From a phage, in the sequence record PV805633.1: a stretch of 64,000 bases of DNA; one strand, given 5' to 3'. Position 1 is the stretch's first letter. Every line of letters starts with the position of its first letter. Positions 7,357 to 17,880 of this stretch are shown one piece after another. Below the pieces are notes generated by a model. The model did not search any database and was not told where the DNA came from. It saw nothing but the letters and a program-made list of their open reading frames with translations. Both the position numbers and the translations under genes were made by a program.

Positions 7357-9921
7357 ATGTTAGTCGCAGATACCAATCAATCAGCCACTTCAGCGACACT
7401 GGGTGGCAAAGAAGCAATCGCCTTTGGCATCTCTGATGACCCGGCATTCTTTCACGTATTAAGTACTTCCTTATATAACAACCCTACACTGGCAGTAGTC
7501 CGTGAGACTATCTGTAATAGTTGGGATGCTCATATTGAAGCAGGTAAGACTGATACTCCTATCCGTATCACTATTGATACTGACAATTTTATTACCTTCC
7601 GTGACTTCGGTAACGGGATACCAGATGAACTCATTGGTTCCATTTATGGCGTCTATGGTGCATCTACCAAGAAGTCCAACAGTAGTGTTACTGGTGGCTT
7701 TGGCCTGGGATGTAAATCCCCATTCGCTTATACAGATAGCTTCCAGGTTACTTCATGGAACCAGGGAAAGATGTCGGTATATAACGTAGCTAAGGCTGCA
7801 ATTGAGAATGATGGTAAACCGGGTATTGTTCCTATCGTTACTGGTATTCCTACTAAGGAATCTGGTCTGGAAGTTAAATTCCAGCTAGGTAAACATGATG
7901 TGAATACCTTTGTGCATTACATCACGTCAATTGTATTTAACGGTGAAATTAAGGCTGAGCTTAGTCTTCCCAAACTTGTTCGTGAAGAAACGGGTAATAG
8001 TATTCAGCAGGGTAACTATACTCTACTGAATACACTAGGTATGTCATTTGAACCTGGTTCATATGATATGTCTGATAGATGGTATCAAGGATATATGAGT
8101 AGCAGTAACATCTTTGTTCGCTACGGTAACGTAATGTACCCAATAGTATCTAGCCCGGCTAGTGAAGAAGCTGTAGGTCTTATTCTCAACTTCATGAATA
8201 TCATTGGAGCTGATAATTTAGTAGTTCAGGCTGCACCAAATACACTAGCGATTGCTCCTAGTCGTGAAACTCTGTCTAACCAGAAGTTAACCGACGACGG
8301 CATTACTGCTCTATGTGTAGACTTAGTAGACCGTATGGAGAAAGAGATTAAGGCTAAGATTCCTGAAGCTATTAAGCAGATTGAAGAATATGCCTCCCAA
8401 TCTTCTACTCGTTACTGGGAATATCCATCTTTCTTGGGTGCTGTTACATACAGAACTGTTCAACGCTATATGTCCTCTAGCTTGTGGGCTAAGCAACGTA
8501 AGCATCATATTAAGCACTGGCGTAATCTATCCAATAAGGCATTACTAGCTCGCCCTGAATATGCAGGTCTTAAGAGAATGTATGGTAAGGCTATGCGTGC
8601 TCTTAAGGATACCCGTAAAGATAGTACCAACCATTCTTTCCAGGATTTGGTATATCGACATCTGCACTTACCTCAGCTTGCTGCTTTAAAAGCTACTGGT
8701 GTTAAGTGGTCTGGTTACATAATGAACCAGGGTAACAGTGTTGGCCTGGTAAAAGGTAAACTTACTGACTACTTTAAGATGGGCTATAACTCCCACCTAG
8801 GTATCGGTATATTCACTACCAAGAACGTTGTAGTTACCCGACGTTTCTCTGACTGTGCAGACTCTTTCTCATACTTCCCAGAGTACAACCGAGGTGACCT
8901 GGAGCGTACAGCTTTTGTTCACGTCGTTGGTCCTAAGAAGGGAGAAGCAGAAAAAGCTGTAGCTAAGTTCACTGCTATGGGTTATCGGGTAATTGACCTT
9001 ACTCAATATAATGAGTGGGACAAGCCAACTAACTTCCGCAGGGAACAAGCTAAGTTAGCTGCCGAGAAGCGTGCTAAGACAATAGCTGCCAATAAAACCA
9101 AAGTAAGCGGTAAAACTAATGCACTGGTTTCATTGAATGCAGTACTTGGTACTACTCTTGTACGAGATAAAAGTGGTGATTTGGTAACTAAACCGGTCAT
9201 TGACAAGGCTTTTGCTGACCCAGCACGCCATGAGAAGTATGGTTTCGTCGAAGTAGAACAGCCTAAGTACTACGTACCAGCCAGTCAGGTTGTTTCTGGT
9301 AGACCAGAAACTGCCAAGATTGGAACCATGTGGAAATGGTATGAACTGTCTGATGAGATGAAAGCAGGAACTGTTGTCTGTCGTAATCAAATCGAAGTTA
9401 ACAAAGCCAAACGTCGTGGGGCTATTCACATTGACGATATTCGTCTTAATGAATTGATGTCTGTTATTACCAGCAAGGGATTCAAGAAGTACGCCACTGA
9501 ACAACGTAATGGTGTTCTTGAGTATCTTGATTTAAATGACAAAGAGTACTGTGAAATCCTCGATATTCTTGGACTAACATTCAAACCATTACAGAGTCTG
9601 GTTCTTAAACCAGAGTATGAATGGGCATGTAACTTCCTAAGAAATCATTCAAGTAACAAAGATAAACTGGTTGAGATGGGCCTCATTAAGTCAGTAGATG
9701 ACTTGGAACCATATGTAAAGATGGTTAATCCTCGTATGCATAAGCATTTCAAAGTACTTAACGAGTACAAAGGGTTATTTAGATATAGCTGGAATGATAA
9801 TGACATCCTGCAAAGCCTGGATTTGAGTAGATTAATCAAACATCTCAAGAAAAATCCGGAGGATATTCCTGGATTTAAGTCCCTCTACCGTAATCGTCTA
9901 AATAAACTGAAAGGTAACTAA
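7357..9921 (+). CDS. rIIA: rIIA-like protein with N-terminal GHKL-type ATPase motifs
   Basis: 854 aa; N-box-like ICNSWDAH and G1-box-like DFGNGIPDE; GGAGAG RBS; size and position as rIIA-like genes of N4-type phages. Confidence 0.65.
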   Translation: MLVADTNQSATSATLGGKEAIAFGISDDPAFFHVLSTSLYNNPTLAVVRETICNSWDAHIEAGKTDTPIRITIDTDNFITFRDFGNGIPDELIGSIYGVYGASTKKSNSSVTGGFGLGCKSPFAYTDSFQVTSWNQGKMSVYNVAKAAIENDGKPGIVPIVTGIPTKESGLEVKFQLGKHDVNTFVHYITSIVFNGEIKAELSLPKLVREETGNSIQQGNYTLLNTLGMSFEPGSYDMSDRWYQGYMSSSNIFVRYGNVMYPIVSSPASEEAVGLILNFMNIIGADNLVVQAAPNTLAIAPSRETLSNQKLTDDGITALCVDLVDRMEKEIKAKIPEAIKQIEEYASQSSTRYWEYPSFLGAVTYRTVQRYMSSSLWAKQRKHHIKHWRNLSNKALLARPEYAGLKRMYGKAMRALKDTRKDSTNHSFQDLVYRHLHLPQLAALKATGVKWSGYIMNQGNSVGLVKGKLTDYFKMGYNSHLGIGIFTTKNVVVTRRFSDCADSFSYFPEYNRGDLERTAFVHVVGPKKGEAEKAVAKFTAMGYRVIDLTQYNEWDKPTNFRREQAKLAAEKRAKTIAANKTKVSGKTNALVSLNAVLGTTLVRDKSGDLVTKPVIDKAFADPARHEKYGFVEVEQPKYYVPASQVVSGRPETAKIGTMWKWYELSDEMKAGTVVCRNQIEVNKAKRRGAIHIDDIRLNELMSVITSKGFKKYATEQRNGVLEYLDLNDKEYCEILDILGLTFKPLQSLVLKPEYEWACNFLRNHSSNKDKLVEMGLIKSVDDLEPYVKMVNPRMHKHFKVLNEYKGLFRYSWNDNDILQSLDLSRLIKHLKKNPEDIPGFKSLYRNRLNKLKGN

Positions 9922-9925
9922 TCTG

Positions 9926-11977
9926 ATGAAAATCGAACTGATTTCTATCATCGCACTGGCAGTTGACAGTCGTAACCTTACACTGTGGAAGCCAGATGGC
10001 TCTACGGTTGTATACCCTCAGAGCGACCCACGGGTTGCTCGTATTGTATCTGAAGCACAGACTAAAGGTCTGGGCACTACCCAGGATCAAATAGAAGTAA
10101 ACATTGCACCAGAAGTAGAACTTCGTACTGAATACCTGGAAGCAGAGAAAAACACCAACGGATTCGTTCGTTTCTTTAAGGTAGCTAAAGCTAAACTCAA
10201 AGAGTTCTTCGAAGATGGTACGGGTGTTTCACCAGCCCGTATCGTCTCAGATATTAAGCTAGGTAATCCTACTAAGACGCTGGTGTCTAAAGCTATGGAT
10301 ACCTACCTGGCTATTCAGGCTAATGAACCAGAAGTAACAGTAGCAGATGGTTACTACGACAAACGTGACAATCTGATGTGGGTTACTGGTTGGGATAAAG
10401 ACCATAACCATCTTGCACTGGTTCGTTTTATTAACGACGTACTTTGTTGGAGTCATAAGCATACTGATCATATTCTTGCACAGGAGTGGCCTATTGCAAT
10501 TCGTGCAGTATCCGATGATGAAATGGGTGAGTTTGCTAAACAAGCCCAATACATCAAAGGTGTACACATTGTATTTACCAACCGTGGGGAAACACCACTG
10601 CCTTATGTGGAAGTGGTTAAAACTACGAACCAGGATAAGCTGGCTGCTGCTTCAGAGAAGCTGGCTGCATTAGGTGCTATCAGTACCGATGATGCTAACT
10701 TCCATACTGATGTGAAGGAAGACGAGGTGGTTGTTGCTGTTACCAATAGTGGGGTTATCCCTGGAGTTGAGAACCTGCAACGTCATCTACGTCAGTCTGC
10801 CAAGCTGAAAGACTATAAGGGCTTTACCAAGTTCCTTGAGCGTCTGGCTCCGGTTATCAAAGACCGTCTGCACTCAGTGGAAGACCTGATGAAGTTCATG
10901 GAAACTGCTGAACTGCCTATCGCTGATGATGGCTCCATCCTGTTTCTGAAACGACTTAAGATCAAAGGCGAAGAAAATGGTAAACGTGTATTCGTTGACT
11001 GTCACTCAGGCAACATCCGTCAATGGGTAGGCTGTAAAGTACAGGTACGAGAAGACCTGGTAGACCCTGACCGTCGTCGGGACTGCTCCAATGGCCTGCA
11101 CGTAGCATCCATGAGCTACATCCGCACCTTCGGTGGTAACGTAACTATCCTAGGTAAAGTAGCACCAGAAGATGTATTTGCTGTTCCTGAGTACAACACT
11201 AATAAGATGCGTGTAGCTGCGTATCACATTATTGCTGAACTACCGGAAGAGGAACGTTGCAACGTTAACAATGGTATCTATCTGTCTAATACAGAAGTAG
11301 GTAAGAAGTTACTTAATGATGCCATCGTTGGGAACCATAGTTCACCTACCACACTTGTTATGGTTGGCGGACATCGTGGCACTAACCTCAAATACACCAA
11401 TCTATCATCTGGTTCCGTAGAACAATTCCGTACAGTTGCTAATAAAGAGGCACTGAATATGGAAGAGTCACTGAATGAAGCTTTAGCTGCTGAACCAGTG
11501 AAGGCTACTGACCTTAAACCTATTGTTAATAAGGCTCCTACCGTGAAAGAACAAATCCAGGAACTGATTAAAGAGTTCCTTAACGCAACTACTCCGGAAG
11601 ATAAATTAGCTGCTGCTGACTTACTTGTGGAAATGCGAGGTAAGGCTCGTAAGCCATGGGCTGCTTTAGGTGTTGGTTCTGATGTGGTGGCTAAGATTGC
11701 TGATGTACGTACAACCTACACAGCTAAACCTATTGGCAAACCAAAACCAGTGAAGCAAGCTAAGGTTCATCGCTCGGCTACTGCCACTAAGGTAGCACCG
11801 TCAGGTAAACACGCTGATAACCTGCGTAGCATCCTGAACGATACGTCCTACTCTGACTATCAGAAAGGTCATGCTCTGCAAGACTATAAGCGTCATGCTA
11901 AGAAGTCATTCACTGCAATGGGACTGACAGAAGAAGAAGCTAAGTTGGCTACCAAGCTGGTCAAGGCCGTTAAGTAA
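9926..11977 (+). CDS. rIIB: rIIB-like protein (assigned by size and adjacency to rIIA-like gene)
   Basis: 683 aa ORF immediately downstream of rIIA-like gene; no motif-level support. Confidence 0.45.
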   Translation: MKIELISIIALAVDSRNLTLWKPDGSTVVYPQSDPRVARIVSEAQTKGLGTTQDQIEVNIAPEVELRTEYLEAEKNTNGFVRFFKVAKAKLKEFFEDGTGVSPARIVSDIKLGNPTKTLVSKAMDTYLAIQANEPEVTVADGYYDKRDNLMWVTGWDKDHNHLALVRFINDVLCWSHKHTDHILAQEWPIAIRAVSDDEMGEFAKQAQYIKGVHIVFTNRGETPLPYVEVVKTTNQDKLAAASEKLAALGAISTDDANFHTDVKEDEVVVAVTNSGVIPGVENLQRHLRQSAKLKDYKGFTKFLERLAPVIKDRLHSVEDLMKFMETAELPIADDGSILFLKRLKIKGEENGKRVFVDCHSGNIRQWVGCKVQVREDLVDPDRRRDCSNGLHVASMSYIRTFGGNVTILGKVAPEDVFAVPEYNTNKMRVAAYHIIAELPEEERCNVNNGIYLSNTEVGKKLLNDAIVGNHSSPTTLVMVGGHRGTNLKYTNLSSGSVEQFRTVANKEALNMEESLNEALAAEPVKATDLKPIVNKAPTVKEQIQELIKEFLNATTPEDKLAAADLLVEMRGKARKPWAALGVGSDVVAKIADVRTTYTAKPIGKPKPVKQAKVHRSATATKVAPSGKHADNLRSILNDTSYSDYQKGHALQDYKRHAKKSFTAMGLTEEEAKLATKLVKAVK

Positions 11978-11992
11978 TAGCCTGTTCAAATG

Positions 11993-12016
11993 CCCTCACT
12001 TATAATAAAGTGAGGG
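11993..12016 (+). other. intergenic hairpin (9-bp stem CCCTCACTT/AAGTGAGGG, 6-nt loop), possible weak terminator or regulatory structure
   Basis: Perfect inverted repeat after the rIIB-like stop; no strong U-tract. Confidence 0.4.
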
Positions 12017-12039
12017 TAAATTTGAAGAGGAAATGTACT

Positions 12040-12435
12040 ATGAGTTCTGTATACAGAGTTAATCGCAAAGCAACTGATGAAGACATCATTCGTATGAATG
12101 CTGTTGGTCTATCCCTCGCAACTATCGCTAAGACGTTGGGGGTTCACCCCACTACGGTTACTTTGCGATTGCGTTCTTTAAACATTGAACCAGCCGACAC
12201 ACGTCGGACGTTCATGGAGAATGTACTCCGTCCATTACCAACCCATGTGGTAGATTGGCTATCAGAGCAAGTTGGTCCTGCTTATGAGATTCGTTCATAT
12301 GTAAGGGACTTGATTCTGGAGGCATATAATAATCGCCACCTTAACCAAGAGAGTGAGCATGACAAGTTCATCCGTTTGTACGCTGGAAAACACACGGCAA
12401 TGGTTTCTAAAAGCCGTACCAAATCCGACGAGTAA
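12040..12435 (+). CDS. putative helix-turn-helix DNA-binding protein (131 aa)
   Basis: NAVGLSLATIAKTLGVHPTTV HTH-like segment; GAGGAAA upstream of ATG 12040. Confidence 0.5.
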   Translation: MSSVYRVNRKATDEDIIRMNAVGLSLATIAKTLGVHPTTVTLRLRSLNIEPADTRRTFMENVLRPLPTHVVDWLSEQVGPAYEIRSYVRDLILEAYNNRHLNQESEHDKFIRLYAGKHTAMVSKSRTKSDE

Positions 12436-12481
12436 GAATATTAGTACCCAGATTGGTTGCCATCTGGAAGAAGTATGTGAA

Positions 12482-12820
12482 ATGTTAGACGAGTTAACTC
12501 CTTCATGCGAAGAAAGTATGCAGGTATTAGCTGAAGCACAATCTGCTTTAAGTAAACTGTCCTTACTCATGAAAACAAATCACACAGCTGTTTTCCCAGA
12601 AGATGCCAATCGTTTGGCTCTCCTGGATGCACTGGCAGATCAGATTGTTACAGCAACTGGCGTCGGTACTTTTCTTGGGATGAATGTCCCTGGAGCATTG
12701 GCTGAAGTCAATCGCTCAAACTATTCCAAGTTCGAAGATGGGGAACCTATCTTCAACGAGAATAAGAAAGTCATGAAGGGGAAAGATTATACTCCCCCTG
12801 ATTTAACACCTTACATCTAA
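12482..12820 (+). CDS. hypothetical all-alpha protein, possibly MazG-like NTP pyrophosphohydrolase (start uncertain; frame open from 12353)
   Basis: EEVCEMLDE acidic motif; track ORF overlaps the upstream gene by 83 nt, so ATG 12482 chosen. Confidence 0.35.
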   Translation: MLDELTPSCEESMQVLAEAQSALSKLSLLMKTNHTAVFPEDANRLALLDALADQIVTATGVGTFLGMNVPGALAEVNRSNYSKFEDGEPIFNENKKVMKGKDYTPPDLTPYI

Positions 12821-12841
12821 CCCTCTACGGAGGGTTTTTTA
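12821..12841 (+). terminator. Rho-independent terminator (CCCTC/GAGGG + T7)
   Basis: 5-bp GC stem, 4-nt loop, 7 T. Confidence 0.65.
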
Positions 12842-12853
12842 CTGGAGATTTAA

Positions 12854-14164
12854 ATGTTTTCCAAACCTACCAAAGCCCCATTGAACCAGGGGCAAGAAGC
12901 GGTTGCGAAGGAGTTCTTCGACTTCCTGCTCGACCCTAATGCCACAGAGTTCGGAATCAGTGGACCTGGAGGGACTGGTAAGACATTCCTGATGTCGCAC
13001 CTAATTGATGACACTATGCCTGCGTATATGGAAACCTGTTCTCTGATGGGAACCAAGCCTCTGTATAACGAAGTTGTCATGACTGCGACCACGAACAAAG
13101 CTGCTGAAGTTCTGGCTCAAGCTACTGGGCGTCCAACGTCTACCTATCACTCCTTCCAGGGACTGATTGTTAAGAATGACTTTAAGACTGGTGAGGCTAA
13201 TGTCGTACCGTCTAAGTCATTCTCTATTAAGAAGAACAAAATCATCTTCGTAGACGAAGCATCCATGATTGACCGTCAGTTACTTAAGTATGCTCGTGAA
13301 GGTACTCACCAGTGCAAACTGGTATTCGTAGGTGATGCTTCTCAGCTTCTACCTGTTAAAGAGAGTAAGTCTCCAGTGTACGCAGGTAATATCCCAACAC
13401 ACTATCTGACTGAACAGATGCGTACCGATTCACCAGAACTCAAAGCGTTGCATCAGCAATTGCGTGATACGGTGGAAGGTAAGACAGGCTTCCTGCCTAT
13501 TAAATGTATTCCAGGCATTATTGACTGGGTGCAAGGAGAAGAGATGGAGAAACTGGTTCTCAGTCACTTCACTCAGCCTACCAATAGCCGCATTGTTGCT
13601 TACACCAATGACCAGGTTATTAATTACAATAACTACATTCGTGAAGCTAACGGCTACGTAGGTGAATACTCCATTGGTGAGCAGCTAGTCTCTAACTCAG
13701 CTGTTCGCTTGGGCGTGGATGACCGTCTGTCTATCGAGCAGGACGTAAAACTCATCGACCAGGATAGTAGTACTCGAATGATTAAGGTTACAGGTGACCT
13801 GGAACTGGAAGTCCGTGATAGTACTCTAGACCTTGGTTATGGTGGTATTGTTAGTGAAGTACCAGTTCCTACCGACCCAGACTACTTCAACCGTTTGGTT
13901 AAGTGGTTAGGTAAAGAGAAGAACTGGGAACCTTACTTCCGCCTTAAAGAAACCATTCCAGACCTACGTGCTACTCATGCATGTACTGTTCATAAATCAC
14001 AAGGCTCTACTTATGACACAATCTTCATTGATGCAGATGACCTCTCAAGCTGTCGCCAACCAGATATGGTTGCTCGTCTGCTTTACGTCGCTGTGTCTCG
14101 TGCCCGTAAGCGAGTAGTGTTCTATGGCAATCTTGCCAGTAAGTACGGTGGCCTAACTTTCTAA
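12854..14164 (+). CDS. SF1 DNA helicase (Dda/RecD-like)
   Basis: Walker A GPGGTGKTF, Walker B IIFVDEASM, C-terminal TVHKSQGSTYD motif; 436 aa. Confidence 0.8.
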   Translation: MFSKPTKAPLNQGQEAVAKEFFDFLLDPNATEFGISGPGGTGKTFLMSHLIDDTMPAYMETCSLMGTKPLYNEVVMTATTNKAAEVLAQATGRPTSTYHSFQGLIVKNDFKTGEANVVPSKSFSIKKNKIIFVDEASMIDRQLLKYAREGTHQCKLVFVGDASQLLPVKESKSPVYAGNIPTHYLTEQMRTDSPELKALHQQLRDTVEGKTGFLPIKCIPGIIDWVQGEEMEKLVLSHFTQPTNSRIVAYTNDQVINYNNYIREANGYVGEYSIGEQLVSNSAVRLGVDDRLSIEQDVKLIDQDSSTRMIKVTGDLELEVRDSTLDLGYGGIVSEVPVPTDPDYFNRLVKWLGKEKNWEPYFRLKETIPDLRATHACTVHKSQGSTYDTIFIDADDLSSCRQPDMVARLLYVAVSRARKRVVFYGNLASKYGGLTF

Positions 14165-14174
14165 GGGAGGGTAT

Positions 14175-14705
14175 ATGCCTCAGATTGGTTCAGCGACTAT
14201 TGGTCAGGTTGCCAATAGCAGTGAGATAGTCAAACACCTGTTCTTAGCAGAACTGGTTCGTCTTGATGGTGTGTTAAATGGCATTATTGATAAGAATGAT
14301 CGTATCAATGGCGTAGACGTATCGGCTGGATTCCTTCACCAAGGGGAGTTCTATCAGCGTTCCAATGCTACCAGACCCCCAACCTACGGTGAGCGATTAA
14401 CGCTTAATCCAGAACTTTGGCCTGCAATGGACAAGTATCTGAAAGCCTCCAGTCGTCTGATTATGGAAGTACACCTTGTGAACCAGACTGTATATCGACT
14501 GGTTCGTGGTTGTATGTCCTATCAGGATGTACGTGATGCTCTACCTGAATGCCTGGTAGCACAAGACCAGACTGGTCAGTACAAAGGACTACCACGTACT
14601 CGTGAAGCAGCATGGACTCTTGCTGGTGATGCTATGGCAATCAAACAGTATGAGAAGATTCTTCCTTCTATTGAGTACTATGCAGCTTCACATCTGATCT
14701 TCTAA
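14175..14705 (+). CDS. hypothetical protein (176 aa)
   Basis: GGGAGGG SD upstream of ATG; lies between helicase and DNA polymerase. Confidence 0.6.
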   Translation: MPQIGSATIGQVANSSEIVKHLFLAELVRLDGVLNGIIDKNDRINGVDVSAGFLHQGEFYQRSNATRPPTYGERLTLNPELWPAMDKYLKASSRLIMEVHLVNQTVYRLVRGCMSYQDVRDALPECLVAQDQTGQYKGLPRTREAAWTLAGDAMAIKQYEKILPSIEYYAASHLIF

Positions 14706-14714
14706 GGTAAAGCT

Positions 14715-17294
14715 ATGCGTTACATCACCTCTCAGGATACTGGCAAGTATCCTATTGCTATCCTCGGTCATCAAATCCGAAGGGAGGAGATGATTAAAAC
14801 CTACCTGCTGCCTTATGACCTAAGCATGGAAGATTTCATCTTCCTTGAACTTCATTCTGCCCCAGGCAAAAAGAAGACCCCTGCAAGGGAGATTAAGGAG
14901 TTCATTCAGCAGGAACTGCAACAAGTACTGGATGATGCAGAGACTCAATACATTATCTGTACCGATTCTGACTACTTTAAAATACTGACTAAGGAAGCTA
15001 AAGCAGAAGCTAACCTCGGCTATGTTTGTGATTCGGTATGGGGTAAGCAGAAGGTTATCTATACACCCAGCTACAGACAGGTCTTCTACGACCCACCTGT
15101 AGTAAAGGCCAAGATTGCTCAGGGTATGGATGCATTACTTAACCACATCCGGGGACAGTATGCTGAACCAGGGCAGGGAATAATTGAGTTTGAAGCCTAC
15201 CCAGATACACCCGAAAAGATTAAAGCCTGGTTGGACCAGTTGCTTGAGATGAATAAGCCTCTGGCTATAGACATCGAATCGTTCGGTTTAAAGCACTATA
15301 ACGCAGGTATAGGAACGATTACATTCTGTTGGAGTAAGACACAAGGCATAGCCTTTAATGTGGACTACGAGCCAATTAAGGGGGCTACTGAAGCTCCTTA
15401 TGGGCGTATCAACAGGAATGATGTTGTTCGTAACCTGTTACGTGAGTTCTTCATTAAGTACACTCAACGGCAGATGTATCACAACATTAGCTATGACGTG
15501 TACATACTTATCTATCAGTTATTCATGGATAACCTGATTGATACAGAAGGCTTACTGCATGGCATGGAAATCATGCTACGTAACTGGGACTGTACTAAGT
15601 TAATCACCTACCTGGCTACTAACAGTTGTGCCGGTAATCATCTTAGCCTGAAAGATCAGGCTCAGGAATATGCTGGTAACTATGCTCAGGATGATATTAA
15701 AGACATACGTCTTATTCCTAATGAGCAACTGTTACGCTACAACCTCATTGATGGTTTGTGTACGTGGTACACCTACGAGAAGCACTGGGATACTCTCATT
15801 GCTGATGACCAACTGGATGTTTACAACAACATCTTTAAACCAGCCTGTGAAGACATTATTCAGATGCAGTTAACCGGTATGCCCATGAACATGGAAACCG
15901 TTAACCAAGTGGCTGAAGAGATGGAAACTGACAGGAACCAGGCTCTGAAAACTATTCGTGAGTCTAAGCTCATGAAGAATTTCACCCTGATGCTTCGTCA
16001 GGAATGGGTAGACGATAAGAATGCTAAGCTGAAGAAGAAACAAGTAACACTTGCAGATTGTGACATCGAGTTTAATCCTAACTCCGGTCCTCAATTACAG
16101 AAGCTGTTATTTGATTATATTGGCTTACCAGTCCTTGGTCTTACTAAGAGCAAGCAACCTGCTACTGACGGTGACACCATTAAAGCACTGCGCACACATA
16201 CGCAGAGTGAAGATGTTAAGGAACTGCTCAATGCACTTATCGACTATAAACTCGTGGATAAGATCATCACTAGTTTTATACCAGCTTTCAGGAATGCCCA
16301 ACCGGGGCCGGATGGCTGGCACTATCTGTTCGGAAACCTCAATCTGGGAGGCACAGTCTCCGGTAGGCTATCGGCTTCAGAGCCAAATCTACAAACAATT
16401 CCATCCGGCTCTAAATATGCCAAGAAGATTAAGAAATGCTTCGAAGGCCCTCCTGGCTGGATATTTTGCGGTTTGGACTTCGCCTCGCTGGAAGACAGAA
16501 TCTCTGCACTAACCACTAAAGACCCGCAAAAGCTTAAGGTATATACCGATGGCTATGATGGTCATAGTCTCCGCGCATATGCTTACTTCGGTGAGCAGAT
16601 GCCAGACATAGTAGACACAGTTGAGTCAATCAATTCTATTCAGACGAAGTACAAGCACTTGCGTAGTGATTCTAAAGCCCCAACCTTCTTGCTTACCTAT
16701 GGTGGCACGTATATGGGCTTGATGAAAAACTGTGGCTTCTCAGAAGAGAAAGCTAAAACAACAGAGAAACGTTATCACGACCTCTATGTAGTTAGTGATG
16801 CGTGGGTTCAGGCTAAGCTAGATGAAGCTGCCAAGACTGGTTATGTAACTGCTGCATTTGGTTTGAGAGTGCGTACTCCTTTACTGGCTCAGGTATTACG
16901 TGGGACATGTAAGACTCCATATGAAGCAGAAGCTGAAGGTAGAACTGCTGGTAATGCTTTAGGGCAAAGCTGGTGTCTACTGAATAACCGTGCTGGTTCA
17001 GAGTTTATGCGTAAAGTCAGAGCCAGTGAGTTCAGATTAGATATACGTCCTAGTATTCACATTCATGATGCCCAGTACTTCATGATTCGTGACAATATGG
17101 ATACCTTGCAATTCACGAACAAGCACTTGGTTGAAGCCGTTAACTGGCAAGACCATCCTGATATTGCTCATCCAGAAGTTGGTTTGGGTGGGGAACTATC
17201 CTTGTTCTACCCAACGTGGGCTAACGAGATTGAGATTCCAAATCACGCTACCCCAGAAGAAGTTCATCAAATAATTCAAAAGGCATTCGCATGA
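14715..17294 (+). CDS. DNA polymerase, family A, with 3'-5' exonuclease domain
   Basis: 859 aa; exo motif LAIDIESFG; pol motif B RSDSKAPTFLLTYGG; motif C IHIHDAQYF. Confidence 0.85.
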   Translation: MRYITSQDTGKYPIAILGHQIRREEMIKTYLLPYDLSMEDFIFLELHSAPGKKKTPAREIKEFIQQELQQVLDDAETQYIICTDSDYFKILTKEAKAEANLGYVCDSVWGKQKVIYTPSYRQVFYDPPVVKAKIAQGMDALLNHIRGQYAEPGQGIIEFEAYPDTPEKIKAWLDQLLEMNKPLAIDIESFGLKHYNAGIGTITFCWSKTQGIAFNVDYEPIKGATEAPYGRINRNDVVRNLLREFFIKYTQRQMYHNISYDVYILIYQLFMDNLIDTEGLLHGMEIMLRNWDCTKLITYLATNSCAGNHLSLKDQAQEYAGNYAQDDIKDIRLIPNEQLLRYNLIDGLCTWYTYEKHWDTLIADDQLDVYNNIFKPACEDIIQMQLTGMPMNMETVNQVAEEMETDRNQALKTIRESKLMKNFTLMLRQEWVDDKNAKLKKKQVTLADCDIEFNPNSGPQLQKLLFDYIGLPVLGLTKSKQPATDGDTIKALRTHTQSEDVKELLNALIDYKLVDKIITSFIPAFRNAQPGPDGWHYLFGNLNLGGTVSGRLSASEPNLQTIPSGSKYAKKIKKCFEGPPGWIFCGLDFASLEDRISALTTKDPQKLKVYTDGYDGHSLRAYAYFGEQMPDIVDTVESINSIQTKYKHLRSDSKAPTFLLTYGGTYMGLMKNCGFSEEKAKTTEKRYHDLYVVSDAWVQAKLDEAAKTGYVTAAFGLRVRTPLLAQVLRGTCKTPYEAEAEGRTAGNALGQSWCLLNNRAGSEFMRKVRASEFRLDIRPSIHIHDAQYFMIRDNMDTLQFTNKHLVEAVNWQDHPDIAHPEVGLGGELSLFYPTWANEIEIPNHATPEEVHQIIQKAFA

Positions 17295-17596
17295 CTAAAA
17301 GTACTAAAGAAACCGTCGTCAAAAAATATCATTGGATGGTGGCAGCACAGGTAATCTTCCAGCTTCCTAAAGCCGATGATGGTTCCCTGCTTACCATGAA
17401 CACAATGCTGCTCACTGACGAACCTCATGTGACCTATAAAGATTTGGCCCGTGTCAATCACTCCCTGAAGATTAGTCTGGACCAGCGTTTCGACACCTCA
17501 GTTGACCTGAAAGACATTGTTTATCTGTCTATTAACAATCTGGGTCTGATGTCTGAACCAGAGTTCCAGGCAAACATGATTCCCAAGGGGGAATAA
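17291..17596 (+). CDS. hypothetical protein (101 aa)
   Basis: ATGA overlap with polymerase stop. Confidence 0.55.
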   Translation: MTKSTKETVVKKYHWMVAAQVIFQLPKADDGSLLTMNTMLLTDEPHVTYKDLARVNHSLKISLDQRFDTSVDLKDIVYLSINNLGLMSEPEFQANMIPKGE

Positions 17597-17880
17597 TGAC
17601 TAAGCTCTCCGGTGGTCTTAATAACTACTATGTAGTTTTAATTAAAAATCCCCAACGGAAAGAGCAAGAGCCATATCAAGCAGAGTGTGAAGATATTATC
17701 CAAGCACTGGGCATGACCTTCGATGAAGGTTGTGCCTTTAAAGCTCTATGGCGAAATGCTGCTGCCCGTATGGGTAATGGTAAACCAGGTAACTCTTCGG
17801 TGTACGACTCAGAGAAGATTGTGCATTATGCCAATCGAATATTGAAAAAGGCTTACAATGAAAGTAACCAACAACCATGA
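17596..17880 (+). CDS. hypothetical protein (94 aa)
   Basis: ATGA overlap with upstream gene. Confidence 0.55.
   Translation: MTKLSGGLNNYYVVLIKNPQRKEQEPYQAECEDIIQALGMTFDEGCAFKALWRNAAARMGNGKPGNSSVYDSEKIVHYANRILKKAYNESNQQP

Noticed and set aside
12010-12039. Upstream GTG start for the HTH protein
   Set aside because: The GTG lies within the intergenic hairpin and lacks an SD; ATG 12040 with GAGGAAA upstream is preferred.
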